Counted from the stretch's first letter, positions 16,433 through 27,063 are shown. The stretch is 64,000 nt of DNA from Alphaproteobacteria bacterium (GCA_963667285.1 OY763326.1:3055546-3119545), one strand, 5' to 3'. Made by a program: numbers and translations. Notes: generated by a model from the letters alone, not told the origin.

Positions 16433-18052
16433 CTACTTCATCCGCACGTGCCGCCAGGCGAACTGGTTGTCCGGGCGTTGCGCGAGGGTGACGCCGTCCC
16501 GCACGCCCCAGGCGAGCGCCTGCTGGTGCAGCGGCACGTGGGCGATGTCGGCGATGGTCGTCGACCAGGCCTGCTCGATCAGCCGGTCGCGCGCGCCCTT
16601 GTCGGTCTCCGACAGGATGCGCGCCGCCAGCGCGTCGACCTTGGGGTTGCAGTAGCCGCCGAGGTTGAACTTGCCGTTGGAGATCCGGTTGCGGTCCGCC
16701 TCCGCCCAGATCGGGCCCGAGTCGCCGACCCGCGGGCAGCCATGCAGGTTGTAGAGCGGGTTCCACGAATCGAAGCTGCCCGGGGTCCAGCCCAGCAGGT
16801 AGAAGCCGGTCTCCAGCCTGGGCGCCAGGATCTTGGGGAAGTACTTGGCCTTGGGCTGCGCGTTGAGCTTCACCCGGATGCCCACCTTGGCGAGCATCGA
16901 GACCACCGCCTGGCAGATCGCCTCGTCGTTGACGTAGCGGTCGTTCGGGCAGTCCATGCCGACCTCGAAGCCCTCGCCGTAGCCCGCCTCGGCGAGCAGC
17001 GCCCCGGCTTGCTTCGGATCGTAGGCGAGGCGCTTGAAGCCCGCGCTGAAGCCGTTGATGCCGGGTCCGATCATCATCGCCGACGGGTTGGAGAGCCCGC
17101 GCATCACCTTGCTGCGGATCGCCTCGATGTCGATCGCCCGGTAGACCGCCTCGCGCACCCGCCGGTCCCGGAACGGGTTCCGGCCCTTGATGTCGGAGTA
17201 CAGAAGCTCGTCGCGGAACTGGTCCATGCCGAGGAAGATGGTGCGGAGCTCCGGCCCCACCAGCATCCGCGTGCCGGCGTTCCGGTCGACCCGCCTGATG
17301 TCCTGCACCGGGATGGGGTAGGCCATGTCGATCTGGCCCGAGAGCAGCGCCGCCACCCTGGTGGCGTCCGACGCGATCGGGGTGAAGGTGATCTTGGTGA
17401 GGTTGTGCTCCTTGTTGGCGTTGTCCCACCAGTTGGGGTTGGGCACCGCCACCGCCCGGATACCGGCCTCGCGGCTGACCAGGCGGAACGGGCCGGTGCC
17501 GTTGGCGTGGCGGGTGGTGTATTTCTCCTGGTCGTCCGCCATCGCCTCGGGCGTGCGGGCGTTGTGCTTCTCCGACCAGCTTCTGGACATGATGCCCCAT
17601 GAGCCCCATTCGACATGCAGGATGGGGTTGGGGGTCTCGGTCACGAACTCGACGGTGTGGTCGTCGATCTTGACGACCTCCTTGACGCCGGCGAGCCGGG
17701 TGGTGAGATCCGAGCCCTTGGCGCGCACCCGGTCGGCGGAGAACAGCACGTCGTCGGCGGTGAAGTCCTCGCCCTCGTGGAACTTCACCCCGCGGCGCAG
17801 ATGGAAGCGCCAGCGGTCGGGCGCGACGATCTCCCAGCGCTCGGCCAGCGCCGGCTCGATGACGAGGTCGGGCCCGCGCCGGATCAGACCCTCGTAGATG
17901 TTGCCGAGGAAGCCCAGCGTAAAAGTCTCGTTGAGCGTATAGGGGTCCATCGAATCGGCGTCGCCCTGGAAGGCGAAGCGGAGCTCCTTGGCCCCGGCCG
18001 GGGCGATGGCGAGCGCGCAGGCGAGCGCGGCAAGGGTCAGCTTGGTTCGCAT
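16433..18052 (-). CDS. ABC transporter substrate-binding protein, family 5 (DppA/OppA-like)
   Basis: Signal peptide MRTKLTLAALACALAIAPAGA; 539 aa. Confidence 0.9.
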   Translation of the reverse strand: MRTKLTLAALACALAIAPAGAKELRFAFQGDADSMDPYTLNETFTLGFLGNIYEGLIRRGPDLVIEPALAERWEIVAPDRWRFHLRRGVKFHEGEDFTADDVLFSADRVRAKGSDLTTRLAGVKEVVKIDDHTVEFVTETPNPILHVEWGSWGIMSRSWSEKHNARTPEAMADDQEKYTTRHANGTGPFRLVSREAGIRAVAVPNPNWWDNANKEHNLTKITFTPIASDATRVAALLSGQIDMAYPIPVQDIRRVDRNAGTRMLVGPELRTIFLGMDQFRDELLYSDIKGRNPFRDRRVREAVYRAIDIEAIRSKVMRGLSNPSAMMIGPGINGFSAGFKRLAYDPKQAGALLAEAGYGEGFEVGMDCPNDRYVNDEAICQAVVSMLAKVGIRVKLNAQPKAKYFPKILAPRLETGFYLLGWTPGSFDSWNPLYNLHGCPRVGDSGPIWAEADRNRISNGKFNLGGYCNPKVDALAARILSETDKGARDRLIEQAWSTTIADIAHVPLHQQALAWGVRDGVTLAQRPDNQFAWRHVRMK

Positions 18053-18195
18053 GGCGGTGTCCTTCGGTCGAGTGGCGAGAGTGTCGGGACGGCCAACCGG
18101 GAAGTCAACGCGCGCCGCCCCCGCCCGCGCGGTTCCGTCCGGGGTCGATCCGGCTTAGGCTGGTCCGCCGACCGTCCCGCGATCCTTCAGCCGAA

Positions 18196-19734
18196 ATGGG
18201 GAAACGCATGCCCATGGTCCGCATCCTGAACGCCTTCGCGCTTGCGGCGGCGATCGCCCTGGCGGCCCTCCCCGCCGCCGCCGAGCCCCTCTCCCTTACC
18301 ATCGTCCACGTCAACGACTGGGACCGGATGGAGGGCGGCAAGGGGGCGGGCGGGGCGGCGCGGATCGCCGCCGTCGTGGCCGAGGAGCGCGCCCGGGCCG
18401 AGGCGCAAGGCGGGCACGCGATCGTCACCTTCGGCGGCGACATGATCTCGCCCTCGCTGATGTCCGGCATCGACAGGGGGGCGCACATGATCGCGCTCGC
18501 CGACGCCATCGGGTTCGACATCGGCGTCGTCGGCAACCACGAGTTCGATTTCGGCGCCGACGTGCTGCGCCGGCGGCTGTCGGAATCGCGCATGACCTGG
18601 CTCGCCGGCAATGTCCGCTACAAGGGGGGCGGACTTCCCGAAGCCCGCGCCACGGCGATGCTGGAGCGGGGCGGCTACCGCATCGGCTTCCTCGGGCTGG
18701 TCACCGCCGACACGCCCGAGATCTCCAAGCCCGGCGAAGACGTGGCGTTCGCGCCCGTCGCCGCGACCGGTGCCGCATTGGCGAAGGAGCTCTGGAAGGC
18801 CGGCGCCGACCTGGTCGTCGCGCTCACCCACGACCATCTCGCCGGCGACCTGGCTACGCTCGCCGCGGCGCCGGAGATCGACATCCTGCTCGGCGGCCAC
18901 GACCACCTGCTGCTCGCCCGCTACGACGGCAGGCAGGCGGTGATGAAGGCGGGCTCGCAGGGCAACCACGTCGCGGTGCTCGACCTCCGGATCGAGCGGC
19001 GGAAGGACCGCCGGGGCGCCTCCGTCACCATGTGGACCCCGAGCTGGCGCCTGCGGTCCACCGCCGGGCTCGCGGGCGACGCGGCGGTCGCCGCCACGGT
19101 CGCGGGCTACCGGGCCCGGCTCGACCGGGACCTCGGCGCGGTCATCGGCGAGACCCGGTCGGCGCTCGACACCGGGCGGGTCGCGGTGCGCGCGGGCGAG
19201 ACCGCCTTCGGCAACCTGGTGGCCGACGCGATGCGGGCGGCGACGGGGAGCGACATCGCGCTCATCAATGGCGGCGGGGTAAGGGGCGACACCGCCTATC
19301 CCGCCGGCACCGCGATCACCCGCAAGCTGGTGCTGAGCGAGCTCCCCTTCGGCAACAGGACGGTAAAGCTCCGCCTGACCGGCGCGCAGCTGAAGGAGGC
19401 GCTGGAGAACGGCGTGAGCCGGGTCGAGCGCGCCGACGGCCGGTTTCCGCAGGTCTCGGGCATCGCCTTCGCCTACGATCCGCGCCGGCCCGCCGGCTCG
19501 CGCATCGCCCGGGTCACGGTCGGCGGCGAGCCGCTCGATCCGCGCAGGAGCTACACGCTGGCCACCGTCGACTTCCTCGCGCGCGGCGGCGACGGGTATG
19601 GCGTGTTCCGCGCCGGCGAAATCCTGATCGACGCCCGGTCGGGCGGGCTCACGGCGGGTCAGGTGATCGAGCGCATCGCCGCATCCGGCACGGTCGCGCC
19701 GGCGGTCGAGGGGCGGATCGTGCGGGCGGAGTAG
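18196..19734 (+). CDS. Secreted 5'-nucleotidase / metallophosphoesterase (UshA family)
   Basis: A signal peptide is present. The motif GNHEFD and a C-terminal 5'-nucleotidase domain are recognisable. An alternative ATG at 18208 has a better SD (GGGGA). Confidence 0.85.
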   Translation: MGKRMPMVRILNAFALAAAIALAALPAAAEPLSLTIVHVNDWDRMEGGKGAGGAARIAAVVAEERARAEAQGGHAIVTFGGDMISPSLMSGIDRGAHMIALADAIGFDIGVVGNHEFDFGADVLRRRLSESRMTWLAGNVRYKGGGLPEARATAMLERGGYRIGFLGLVTADTPEISKPGEDVAFAPVAATGAALAKELWKAGADLVVALTHDHLAGDLATLAAAPEIDILLGGHDHLLLARYDGRQAVMKAGSQGNHVAVLDLRIERRKDRRGASVTMWTPSWRLRSTAGLAGDAAVAATVAGYRARLDRDLGAVIGETRSALDTGRVAVRAGETAFGNLVADAMRAATGSDIALINGGGVRGDTAYPAGTAITRKLVLSELPFGNRTVKLRLTGAQLKEALENGVSRVERADGRFPQVSGIAFAYDPRRPAGSRIARVTVGGEPLDPRRSYTLATVDFLARGGDGYGVFRAGEILIDARSGGLTAGQVIERIAASGTVAPAVEGRIVRAE

Positions 19735-19739
19735 CGTCC

Positions 19740-21098
19740 TCAGCGCCGCACCGTCTCCGGGATCACGCCGCGCGGGCTGAAGCGCATCACCAGCAGCAGG
19801 ATCAGCCCCATCAGGATGGGCCGCACATGCGCCGCCGCCTCGACCAGATGGATGCGCAGGGGATCGTCGGACGCCATCGCCGCGGTCAGGGCGTCGATCG
19901 TCCAGAGCGCCAGCGGCTCGGCCTCGATCCAGCTCAGCCACACGATGAAGCCGCCGAGCACGGCGCCGAGATTGTTGCCCGAGCCGCCGACGATCACCAT
20001 CACCCAGATCAGGAAGGTGAAGCGCATCGGGTGGTAGGCGTTGGGGGTGAACTGCCCGTCCAGCGTGACCAGCATCGCGCCCGCCACGCCGACCACCGCC
20101 GAGCCCAGCACGAAGACCTGCATGTGGCGGGCATAGACGTTCTTGCCGAGCGCCTCGGCCGCGGTCTCGTTGTCCCGGATCGCCCGCATCATGCGCCCCC
20201 AGGGCGAGCGCAGCGCGCGTTCGCTGAGAGCCAGCAGGGCCAGGAGGACGGCGGCGAACAGCCCGGCGTAGCACAGCTTGACGAAGATGCCGGACGCCTC
20301 GATCACCAGGTCGCGCAGCAGCAATGCGCGGTCGGCCTCCGACGCGGCGGCGAGCGCGCCCGCGTTGAGCGAGCCCACCATTTCGGCGAACCAGCCGGCC
20401 TGCTGGAGGTCGATCTCGTAGGGCACCGGCCGGTCCAGCCCGGTCACGTTCTTCACGCCGCGGGCGAGCCAGTCCTCGTTCTTCAGCACGGCGATGACGA
20501 TCTCGGAAATGCCCAGCGTGGCGATCGCGAAGTAGTCCGCGCGCAGGCCGAGCGCGACGCGGCCGATCACCCATGCCGCGCCCGCCGCGAACAGCCCGCC
20601 GGCCGCCCAGGAGAGCACGATCGGCAGGCCGAGCCCGCCGAGATATCCGCTGGTCGACGGGTCGACCGCCTCGATCGCCTCGATCGCGGGATCGAAGAAG
20701 GCGGCGATGACGAAATACCCCGCCACCGCGGTGACCGCGACGCAGGCGCTGCGCAGCCTGCCGCGCGGCACCCTGCGGACGACCAGCCAGACCAGCCCGG
20801 CGGTGAGGCACGCAGCGCCCGCCGCGAGCAGCAGATCCGCCCCGCCCGCCGCGGCGGCCGCGTGCACCGGCGGCTGCGAGACCAGCACCGCCGCGAGCCC
20901 GCCGAGCCCGGCGAAGGCCATCGTCCCGACATTGAACAGCCCGGCATAGCCCCACTGGATGTTGACGCCGAGCGCCATCACCGCCGAGATCAGGCAGAGA
21001 TTGATCACCGCCAGGCTGACCGACCAGGACTGGCCGAAGCCGACGGCGGCGAGCGCCGCGGCGACCGCGGCGAAGCCGGCCAGCGCCCGCAGGTTCAC
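19740..21098 (-). CDS. Branched-chain amino acid ABC transporter permease (LivM-like)
   Basis: A GTG start overlaps the upstream stop (GTGA). The C-terminus is a LivM-like permease. Confidence 0.8.
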   Translation of the reverse strand: MNLRALAGFAAVAAALAAVGFGQSWSVSLAVINLCLISAVMALGVNIQWGYAGLFNVGTMAFAGLGGLAAVLVSQPPVHAAAAAGGADLLLAAGAACLTAGLVWLVVRRVPRGRLRSACVAVTAVAGYFVIAAFFDPAIEAIEAVDPSTSGYLGGLGLPIVLSWAAGGLFAAGAAWVIGRVALGLRADYFAIATLGISEIVIAVLKNEDWLARGVKNVTGLDRPVPYEIDLQQAGWFAEMVGSLNAGALAAASEADRALLLRDLVIEASGIFVKLCYAGLFAAVLLALLALSERALRSPWGRMMRAIRDNETAAEALGKNVYARHMQVFVLGSAVVGVAGAMLVTLDGQFTPNAYHPMRFTFLIWVMVIVGGSGNNLGAVLGGFIVWLSWIEAEPLALWTIDALTAAMASDDPLRIHLVEAAAHVRPILMGLILLLVMRFSPRGVIPETVRR

Positions 21099-22111
21099 AG
21101 CACCCGCCCGCGGAACAGCCCGGTCGGCCGCCACAGCAGCACCACGACCAGGATGACGAAGGAGACCGAGAGCTTGTAGTCGGTCGACAGCAGCTGCATC
21201 AGCCCGTCCGGCTGCATGTCCTCGGGCAGCAAGTAGCGCAGGAACTTGCGGTAGGGGTAGGTCAGCGCGATTTCCGAGAACGCGACCAGGAACCCGCCCG
21301 CGATGGCGCCGTGCGGCTGGCCGATTCCGCCGACGATCGCGGCGGCGAACATGGGCAGCAGGAGCTGCATGTAGGTGAAGGGCTGGAAGCTCTTGTCGAG
21401 CCCGTAGAGCGTGCCGGCGACGGCCGCCAGCGAGGCCGCGATGACCCAGGTGGTCAGCACCACCCGGCCGGGCTCGACGCCCGACAGCAGCGCGAGATCC
21501 TCGTTGTCCGAATAGGCGCGCATCGCCTTGCCCGCCCGCGTGCGGCGCAGGAACCAGAACAGCGCCGCCACCGCGACCACCGCCACCGCGAGGGTGAGCA
21601 GCTGGGAGGTGCGCACCGTCAGCCCCTCGGCGAGCCCGGTCGCCTCCTTGAACTGGCGCGCATTCAGCAGATAGCGCGTGCCGTCGGCGAACGACCGGTC
21701 GTCGGGGCCGATGATCACCCGCACCAGGCCGTTGAGCACGAACATCACGCCAACCGAGGCGATCGACAGCACCATGGGCGAGCTGCGCCTGACCCGGTAG
21801 AAGCGGAACACCGTGCGGTCGGCCGCGAGCGCGGCGAGCACCGCCGCCACGATGCCGGCCGGCAAGGCGAGCATCGCCGTCGGCAGAACGCCGAGGCCGA
21901 TCCCCCAGCCCTGCAACTGCCAGGTGGCGAGGATCGCGGCCATGGTGCCGAACGCCATCAGGTCGCCGTGGGAGAAATTGGCGAAGCGGAGGATGCCGTA
22001 GACCAGGGTGATCCCGAGCGCGCCCAAGGCGAGCTGCGAGCCGTAGGCGATGGCCGGCACGACGACGAAGTTCGCCAGCAGGACCAGCGCGTTGACGAGG
22101 TCGACCGGCAT
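21095..22111 (-). CDS. Branched-chain amino acid ABC transporter permease (LivH-like)
   Basis: A 338-aa permease that begins MPVDLVNALVLLANFVVVP. Confidence 0.9.
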   Translation of the reverse strand: MPVDLVNALVLLANFVVVPAIAYGSQLALGALGITLVYGILRFANFSHGDLMAFGTMAAILATWQLQGWGIGLGVLPTAMLALPAGIVAAVLAALAADRTVFRFYRVRRSSPMVLSIASVGVMFVLNGLVRVIIGPDDRSFADGTRYLLNARQFKEATGLAEGLTVRTSQLLTLAVAVVAVAALFWFLRRTRAGKAMRAYSDNEDLALLSGVEPGRVVLTTWVIAASLAAVAGTLYGLDKSFQPFTYMQLLLPMFAAAIVGGIGQPHGAIAGGFLVAFSEIALTYPYRKFLRYLLPEDMQPDGLMQLLSTDYKLSVSFVILVVVLLWRPTGLFRGRVL

Positions 22112-22117
22112 CGCCGC

Positions 22118-22822
22118 TCAGCCGCCGAGGAAGGAGCGCCGGACTTCCGGGTTGGCCAGAAGCGCCTGTCCGCTGTCGGTGTAGCGGTTCTTCCCGGTCA
22201 CCAGCACGAAGCCGCGATCCGCGATGGCGAGCGCCTGGCGGGCGTTCTGCTCGACCATCAGGATGGCGATCCCGGCGCGGCGGATTTCGAGGATGCGGTC
22301 GAACAGCTCGTCCATCACGATCGGCGACACCCCGGCGGTGGGCTCGTCGAGCATCAGCACGTCCGGCCGGGTCATCAGCGCGCGCGCGATCGCCACCTGC
22401 TGGCGCTGGCCGCCGGACAGCTCGCCGGCGAGCTGGCGGTGCTTCTCCCCGAGCACCGGGAACAGGTCGAAGACGCGCTCGATGCTGTCCGAAATGTCGT
22501 CGCGGCGCAGGAAGGCGCCCATTTCGAGATTTTCGCGAACCGAGAGCGTCGCGAATATGTTGCCGGTCTGCGGTACGAAGGCCATGCCCCGCTTGACCCG
22601 GTCCTGCGGGGTCAGCCGGCCGATCGGATCGCCGTCGAGGCGCACCTCGCCCCGGCGCAGCCGCACCATGCCGAACAGCGCCTTCATGGCGGTCGACTTG
22701 CCGGCCCCGTTGGGGCCCACGATGACGACGATCTCGCCCCTCGCCACCGCGACCGAGCAGCCGCGCAATATGTCGGCCCCGCCATACCCGCCATGCATGT
22801 CCTCGCCGGCGAGATAGCTCAT
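22118..22822 (-). CDS. ABC transporter ATP-binding protein (LivF-like)
   Basis: Starts MSYLAGEDM...; the ATG overlaps the livG-like stop (ATGA). Walker A reads GPNGAGKST. Confidence 0.9.
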   Translation of the reverse strand: MSYLAGEDMHGGYGGADILRGCSVAVARGEIVVIVGPNGAGKSTAMKALFGMVRLRRGEVRLDGDPIGRLTPQDRVKRGMAFVPQTGNIFATLSVRENLEMGAFLRRDDISDSIERVFDLFPVLGEKHRQLAGELSGGQRQQVAIARALMTRPDVLMLDEPTAGVSPIVMDELFDRILEIRRAGIAILMVEQNARQALAIADRGFVLVTGKNRYTDSGQALLANPEVRRSFLGG

Positions 22823-23592
22823 GAAGGGGCGCTCCTCGAACGGGTGCCGAGATAGGCTTCGATCACCCGCTCGTCGGCCTGCACGTCCGGCGCGGGGCCC
22901 TGGGTGAGCACCCTGCCTTCGGTCATCACGATGACCGGATCGCAGAGCAGCGAGACCAGGTCCATGTCGTGCTCGATCATGCAGAAGGTGTAGCCGCGCT
23001 CGATATTGAGCCTGAGGATGGCGCCGGCGATCGAGCGCAGCAGCGTGCGGTTGACGCCCGCGCCGATCTCGTCGAGCAGCACCACCCTGGCGCCGGTCAT
23101 CATCACCCGGGCGAGCTCGACCAGCTTCTTCTGGCCGCCCGAGAGCTCGCCGGCGGGCTTGCCCGCGACCTCGCCGAGATCGAGGAACTCGATCACCTCT
23201 TCCGCGCGGCGCCGGATCCGCGCTTCCTCGGCGCGCACCCGGCCGGGCCGCAGCCAGGCGCCGGTCAGGCTTTCGCCGGTCTGCTCGCCGACCGACGCCA
23301 TCAGGTTCTCGACCACCGTCAGCGTGGCGAATTCGTGCGCGATCTGGAAGGTCCGGGCCAGCCCCCGGTCGAACAGACGGTGGGGCCGCATCCCGGTGAC
23401 GTCCTCGTCGCCCAGATAGACCCGCCCGGAGGTCGGCGGGTACACCCCCGCGACGACATTGAACAGGGTGGTCTTGCCGGCGCCGTTGGGTCCGATCAGC
23501 CCGGTGATCGCGCCCTGCTCGATTTCCAGGCTGGCGCCGTCGACGGCCCGCACACCGCCGAAATGCTTGTGCAGGTCGACCACGCGGATCAT
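22819..23592 (-). CDS. ABC transporter ATP-binding protein (LivG-like)
   Basis: Walker A GPNGAGKTT and signature LSGGQKK are present. Confidence 0.9.
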   Translation of the reverse strand: MIRVVDLHKHFGGVRAVDGASLEIEQGAITGLIGPNGAGKTTLFNVVAGVYPPTSGRVYLGDEDVTGMRPHRLFDRGLARTFQIAHEFATLTVVENLMASVGEQTGESLTGAWLRPGRVRAEEARIRRRAEEVIEFLDLGEVAGKPAGELSGGQKKLVELARVMMTGARVVLLDEIGAGVNRTLLRSIAGAILRLNIERGYTFCMIEHDMDLVSLLCDPVIVMTEGRVLTQGPAPDVQADERVIEAYLGTRSRSAPS

Positions 23593-23659
23593 GCGGCAAC
23601 GTCCGGGGCGCGCGGCCCGGCGGAGCCCGCCCGGCCGCTACCCCCTCCCGACCGTCGGG

Positions 23660-24841
23660 TCAGTGGATCTTGACGGTGGCGAACTTGCCGTCCTTGACCT
23701 CGTACTCCTTGTAGCTGCCCGACGCGTCGCCGGCGTCGTTCAGCGCGACATCGGTCGCCCCCTGGTAGTCGACCGCCTTGCCGTCGGCGAGCAGCTTCAG
23801 GCCCTTGGCGAGCTCGCCCGGGCCGATCTTCTCGCCCGGCGCGTTGGCGACTTCGAGGATTTTCGACCGGATCGCCGCCCGGTCCGTCGAACCCGCCGCC
23901 TGCGCGGCGAGAACGATCAGCGCCGCCGCGTCATAGCCTTCCGCGGCGAACGGGGACTCGCCCTTTATGCCGGCGTTACTGGCGGCTTCCTGGAACTTCT
24001 TGGCGTTCGGGGAATCCGAGCCGGGCGCGGTGGCGACGGAACCGTTCAGCGCCTTGCCGATCGCCTTGATCAGGGATTCGCCCACCATGCCGTCGGCCAG
24101 GATGAACCTGTCGAACGCCCCGGCGTCGAGCGAGGCCTGGATGATCCCCCTGCCGCCCTTGTCGACATAGCCGAACACCGCCAGATGCTCCGCCCCCGAC
24201 GCGGCCAGGGCGCCGACCTCGGCCGCGTAATCGGCCTTGCCGTCCTCATGCGCCGCGGACAGGGCGACCTTGCCGCCGGCCGCCTTGAAGGCGTTGGAGA
24301 ACGAGTTCGACAGACCCTTGCCGTAGTCGTTGTTGGTGTAGGTGACGGCGATCTCCTTGATGCCGCGCGCCTTGGCCACCTGGGCCAGCACCTCGCCCTG
24401 TCGCGCATCGGAAGGCGCGGTGCGGAAGAAATAGCCCTTGTCCTTGAGCGTGGTGATCGCCGGCGAGGTGGCGGTCGGCGAAACCATGACCACGCCGTTG
24501 GGTACGGCCACGTTGTTGGCCACCGCGATGCTGACGCCCGAGCAGTCCGCGCCCATGATGGCGGCCACCCCGTCGGAGGTGATCAGGCGCTCGGCCGCCG
24601 CCTGCGCCGCCGCGGCGTCGACGCAGGTCGAATCGCCGCGCACCGGGACCACCTTCTTGCCGCCGAGGAACAGGCCCGAATCGCTCGCTTCCTTCATCGC
24701 GAGTTCCGCGGCGGCCGCGATGTTGGGGGTGAGCGATTCGATCGGTCCGGTAAAGCCCATCAGCACGCCGACCTTCATGTCCGCATGCGCCGCCGACGCC
24801 ATCAGCGCCGCTGCCGCCGAAGCGACGAGTAAACGTTTCAT
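23660..24841 (-). CDS. Branched-chain amino acid ABC substrate-binding protein (LivK-like)
   Basis: Starts MKRLLVASAAAALMASAAHA (signal peptide). SD GGGAGA precedes the ATG. Confidence 0.9.
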   Translation of the reverse strand: MKRLLVASAAAALMASAAHADMKVGVLMGFTGPIESLTPNIAAAAELAMKEASDSGLFLGGKKVVPVRGDSTCVDAAAAQAAAERLITSDGVAAIMGADCSGVSIAVANNVAVPNGVVMVSPTATSPAITTLKDKGYFFRTAPSDARQGEVLAQVAKARGIKEIAVTYTNNDYGKGLSNSFSNAFKAAGGKVALSAAHEDGKADYAAEVGALAASGAEHLAVFGYVDKGGRGIIQASLDAGAFDRFILADGMVGESLIKAIGKALNGSVATAPGSDSPNAKKFQEAASNAGIKGESPFAAEGYDAAALIVLAAQAAGSTDRAAIRSKILEVANAPGEKIGPGELAKGLKLLADGKAVDYQGATDVALNDAGDASGSYKEYEVKDGKFATVKIH

Positions 24842-24996
24842 CTCCGGTCTCCCTTCGAATTTGTCTTCCCAACCAGTTGCAAATGCTCCGATCGCCGGCC
24901 CCAATGATCGGCCGGCGGCGAGGCGTCGCCGCCCCGCTTCACGGTCGGGAACATAATGCCATTTATTGAGGTTTTAGGAAGCCGCCTCCGACCGGT

Positions 24997-26499
24997 TCAG
25001 GACGCCGCGAACATGCCGTGCAGCGCCATGGGCAGCGGGTAGGGGAGAATGCCCTGCCACAGCGGCCCGTCGGCGATGCGGCCGGCCTCGAACAGGTTGA
25101 GCCCGGCGGTCTGCCGGCGGGTGTCGATATAGGGTCCGATCAGCCAGCCCTCGCCTTCGTCCGGGCCGCGGGCGACGAAGACATGCTCCTCCGGGATCTG
25201 GTGCCGCGGATAGGTCCAGGCGTCCACCGCGCCCGATTCCGGATCGAGACGGGCCGCCGCGCGCAGCGGCCAGCCGGCCGCGGCGCCGTCGCCGGTGAGC
25301 GTGAACAGCCTGCGGTGCCGCCGCCCCGTGTAGCGCTCGTCGATGCGCGGAAACTCGGCGACGCCCGGCGCCCCGTCCTCGATCGCGGCCCTGCCGTCCG
25401 GATGCAGCACGGCGACCCGGTACCGGGGATGGTCCGACGGGAAGTCCAGGGCGCCCCGCATCACGGCGCGGAAATCCCCCGTCACGAAGCCGGGGTCGGG
25501 CGCCTGGCACAGATCCAGCCGAATCGTGCCGTCCGGCTCTTCCCAGCCATTGCCGTGGTGGAAGTGGAAACCGGGCGGCAGCTCATGGCGCCGGACCGGT
25601 TTCAGCGTGTTCTTGTCGACGACGACGGCTCGGGTGCCGAGCCCGGGCTGCCAGGAATGGGCGTCGAGGAACGTGGCGTGGCCCGACGCCCCGTCGATCA
25701 CGAACGGGGTCAGCAGCACGACCAGATGCCGGGCCGTGACGACGAAATCATGCGCCATGCCCAGCGGCCCGAAATCGGGAAGCAGGGCGGCCTCGACCCG
25801 GCGCCCGCCGCGGTCGATGCGGTAGACCAGCAAGACGGGGCGTGGCCGGGTCGCGAAGCCGATGTTCCACAGCGTCCCGTCGGGCTCGACCTTGGGGTGG
25901 GCGGAGAACGGCACGCCGGCGAGGTCCGGGCGCCAGGCCACGAATTCCCCGGCGGCGAGCGTGTCGGGATCGACCGCGAGCGCCGAGCCGCCCTCCCACA
26001 GGGCCATCAGCCGCCCGGCATGGGCGAGCATGGCGGTGTTGGCGACGTTCATGTCGTCCGGGCCGCGCAGCGCGGCCGGGCCCGGGGTTCCGAACCCCGG
26101 CAGGATGCGCTTGCCGGCACGGGTCTCGCGGCGCCGCTTGGGGGTGTCCAGGATGCGCGCGCGGTGGGTCGCCATGCCGTCCTCGAAGGCGAAGGCCTGG
26201 ACCATGCCGTCGCCGTCGAACCAGTGCGTGTAGCGCCGGCCGAAACGCTCGTGCTCGGCCGGGCCGTTGCGCCACAACACGCCGGCGAGGCCGGCGGGAA
26301 GCCGGCCGCTCACCGTCTCGAGCGGCGCGGCCAGGCTCTCCGCCCGCGCGGTCGCGAAGGCGATCAGCCGCGGGTCGCGGGCGATCGCCGCGGCGAAATC
26401 CTCCCGGGGGCCGGCGGCGGCGCCCACGCCCACCGCCATCAGCGCCGGCAGCCCGGCGAGCGCGCGCAGCGCCGCGCGGCGCGGCAGGTCGGCCTTCAT
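24997..26499 (-). CDS. Carotenoid oxygenase family (CCD / lignostilbene dioxygenase-like), Tat signal
   Basis: The N-terminus MKADLPRRAALRALAGLPALMAVGVGAAAG contains the twin-arginine motif RR. Carotenoid-cleavage-family sequence runs the full length. Confidence 0.85.
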   Translation of the reverse strand: MKADLPRRAALRALAGLPALMAVGVGAAAGPREDFAAAIARDPRLIAFATARAESLAAPLETVSGRLPAGLAGVLWRNGPAEHERFGRRYTHWFDGDGMVQAFAFEDGMATHRARILDTPKRRRETRAGKRILPGFGTPGPAALRGPDDMNVANTAMLAHAGRLMALWEGGSALAVDPDTLAAGEFVAWRPDLAGVPFSAHPKVEPDGTLWNIGFATRPRPVLLVYRIDRGGRRVEAALLPDFGPLGMAHDFVVTARHLVVLLTPFVIDGASGHATFLDAHSWQPGLGTRAVVVDKNTLKPVRRHELPPGFHFHHGNGWEEPDGTIRLDLCQAPDPGFVTGDFRAVMRGALDFPSDHPRYRVAVLHPDGRAAIEDGAPGVAEFPRIDERYTGRRHRRLFTLTGDGAAAGWPLRAAARLDPESGAVDAWTYPRHQIPEEHVFVARGPDEGEGWLIGPYIDTRRQTAGLNLFEAGRIADGPLWQGILPYPLPMALHGMFAAS

Positions 26500-26503
26500 C
26501 GCG

Positions 26504-26959
26504 TCAGCCCCCCGGATAGGCGATCCGCACGGCGGCGGTCACGCGCCCGTCCTTCGGGCCCACGGTCACCGCCGCCTCGTCGAAGCCCGGCGGCCCCATG
26601 AACCCCGTGGCGCCGTTGGAAAACCCGAACCCCTCGATGGGCATTCCCACCGCGTTCTGGCCCAGCTTGCCGTCTCCGTCGGCGTCGTGGAAAGCCGCTA
26701 CCGCGTAGTCGCCCGGCGCGAGGTCGGCGAAGACGAAGCGGAGCTTGCCCTTGCCGGCCGGGCGCCAGGCCGCCCCGACGACGCCACCCGCCGGGAAGGC
26801 GGCATCCGGGACTCGCTTGTGGACGGCAACCCGGGCATGGCCCTCCGCGGAGCGCAGGCCGTCGAGGACGACTTCGAGGTCGGCCGCCGGGACGGTCGCC
26901 GGGAAGAGGAGGGCGGCCGCGACGGGCGCGCAGAGTCCGAAAGCTCTCGGGATGGTCAT
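26504..26959 (-). CDS. DUF2141-like secreted protein
   Basis: A signal peptide is present. The body has the DUF2141-type Gly-rich beta-sandwich sequence. It sits 4 nt upstream of the oxygenase. Confidence 0.65.
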   Translation of the reverse strand: MTIPRAFGLCAPVAAALLFPATVPAADLEVVLDGLRSAEGHARVAVHKRVPDAAFPAGGVVGAAWRPAGKGKLRFVFADLAPGDYAVAAFHDADGDGKLGQNAVGMPIEGFGFSNGATGFMGPPGFDEAAVTVGPKDGRVTAAVRIAYPGG

Positions 26960-27063
26960 CGTGTCTTGCCTCCTGGCTGTTCAACGTCGATGCCGGCAGT
27001 GTTGATCGCGCCCGGCAGGCGGGTCATTGTCGGTTACGCGGATGCACCGGACTATTTCGCCAG

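Noticed and set aside
18187-20955. 922-aa minus-strand ORF overlapping the 5'-nucleotidase and livM
   Set aside because: The 5' part is antisense garbage. The true gene is livM at 19740..21098.
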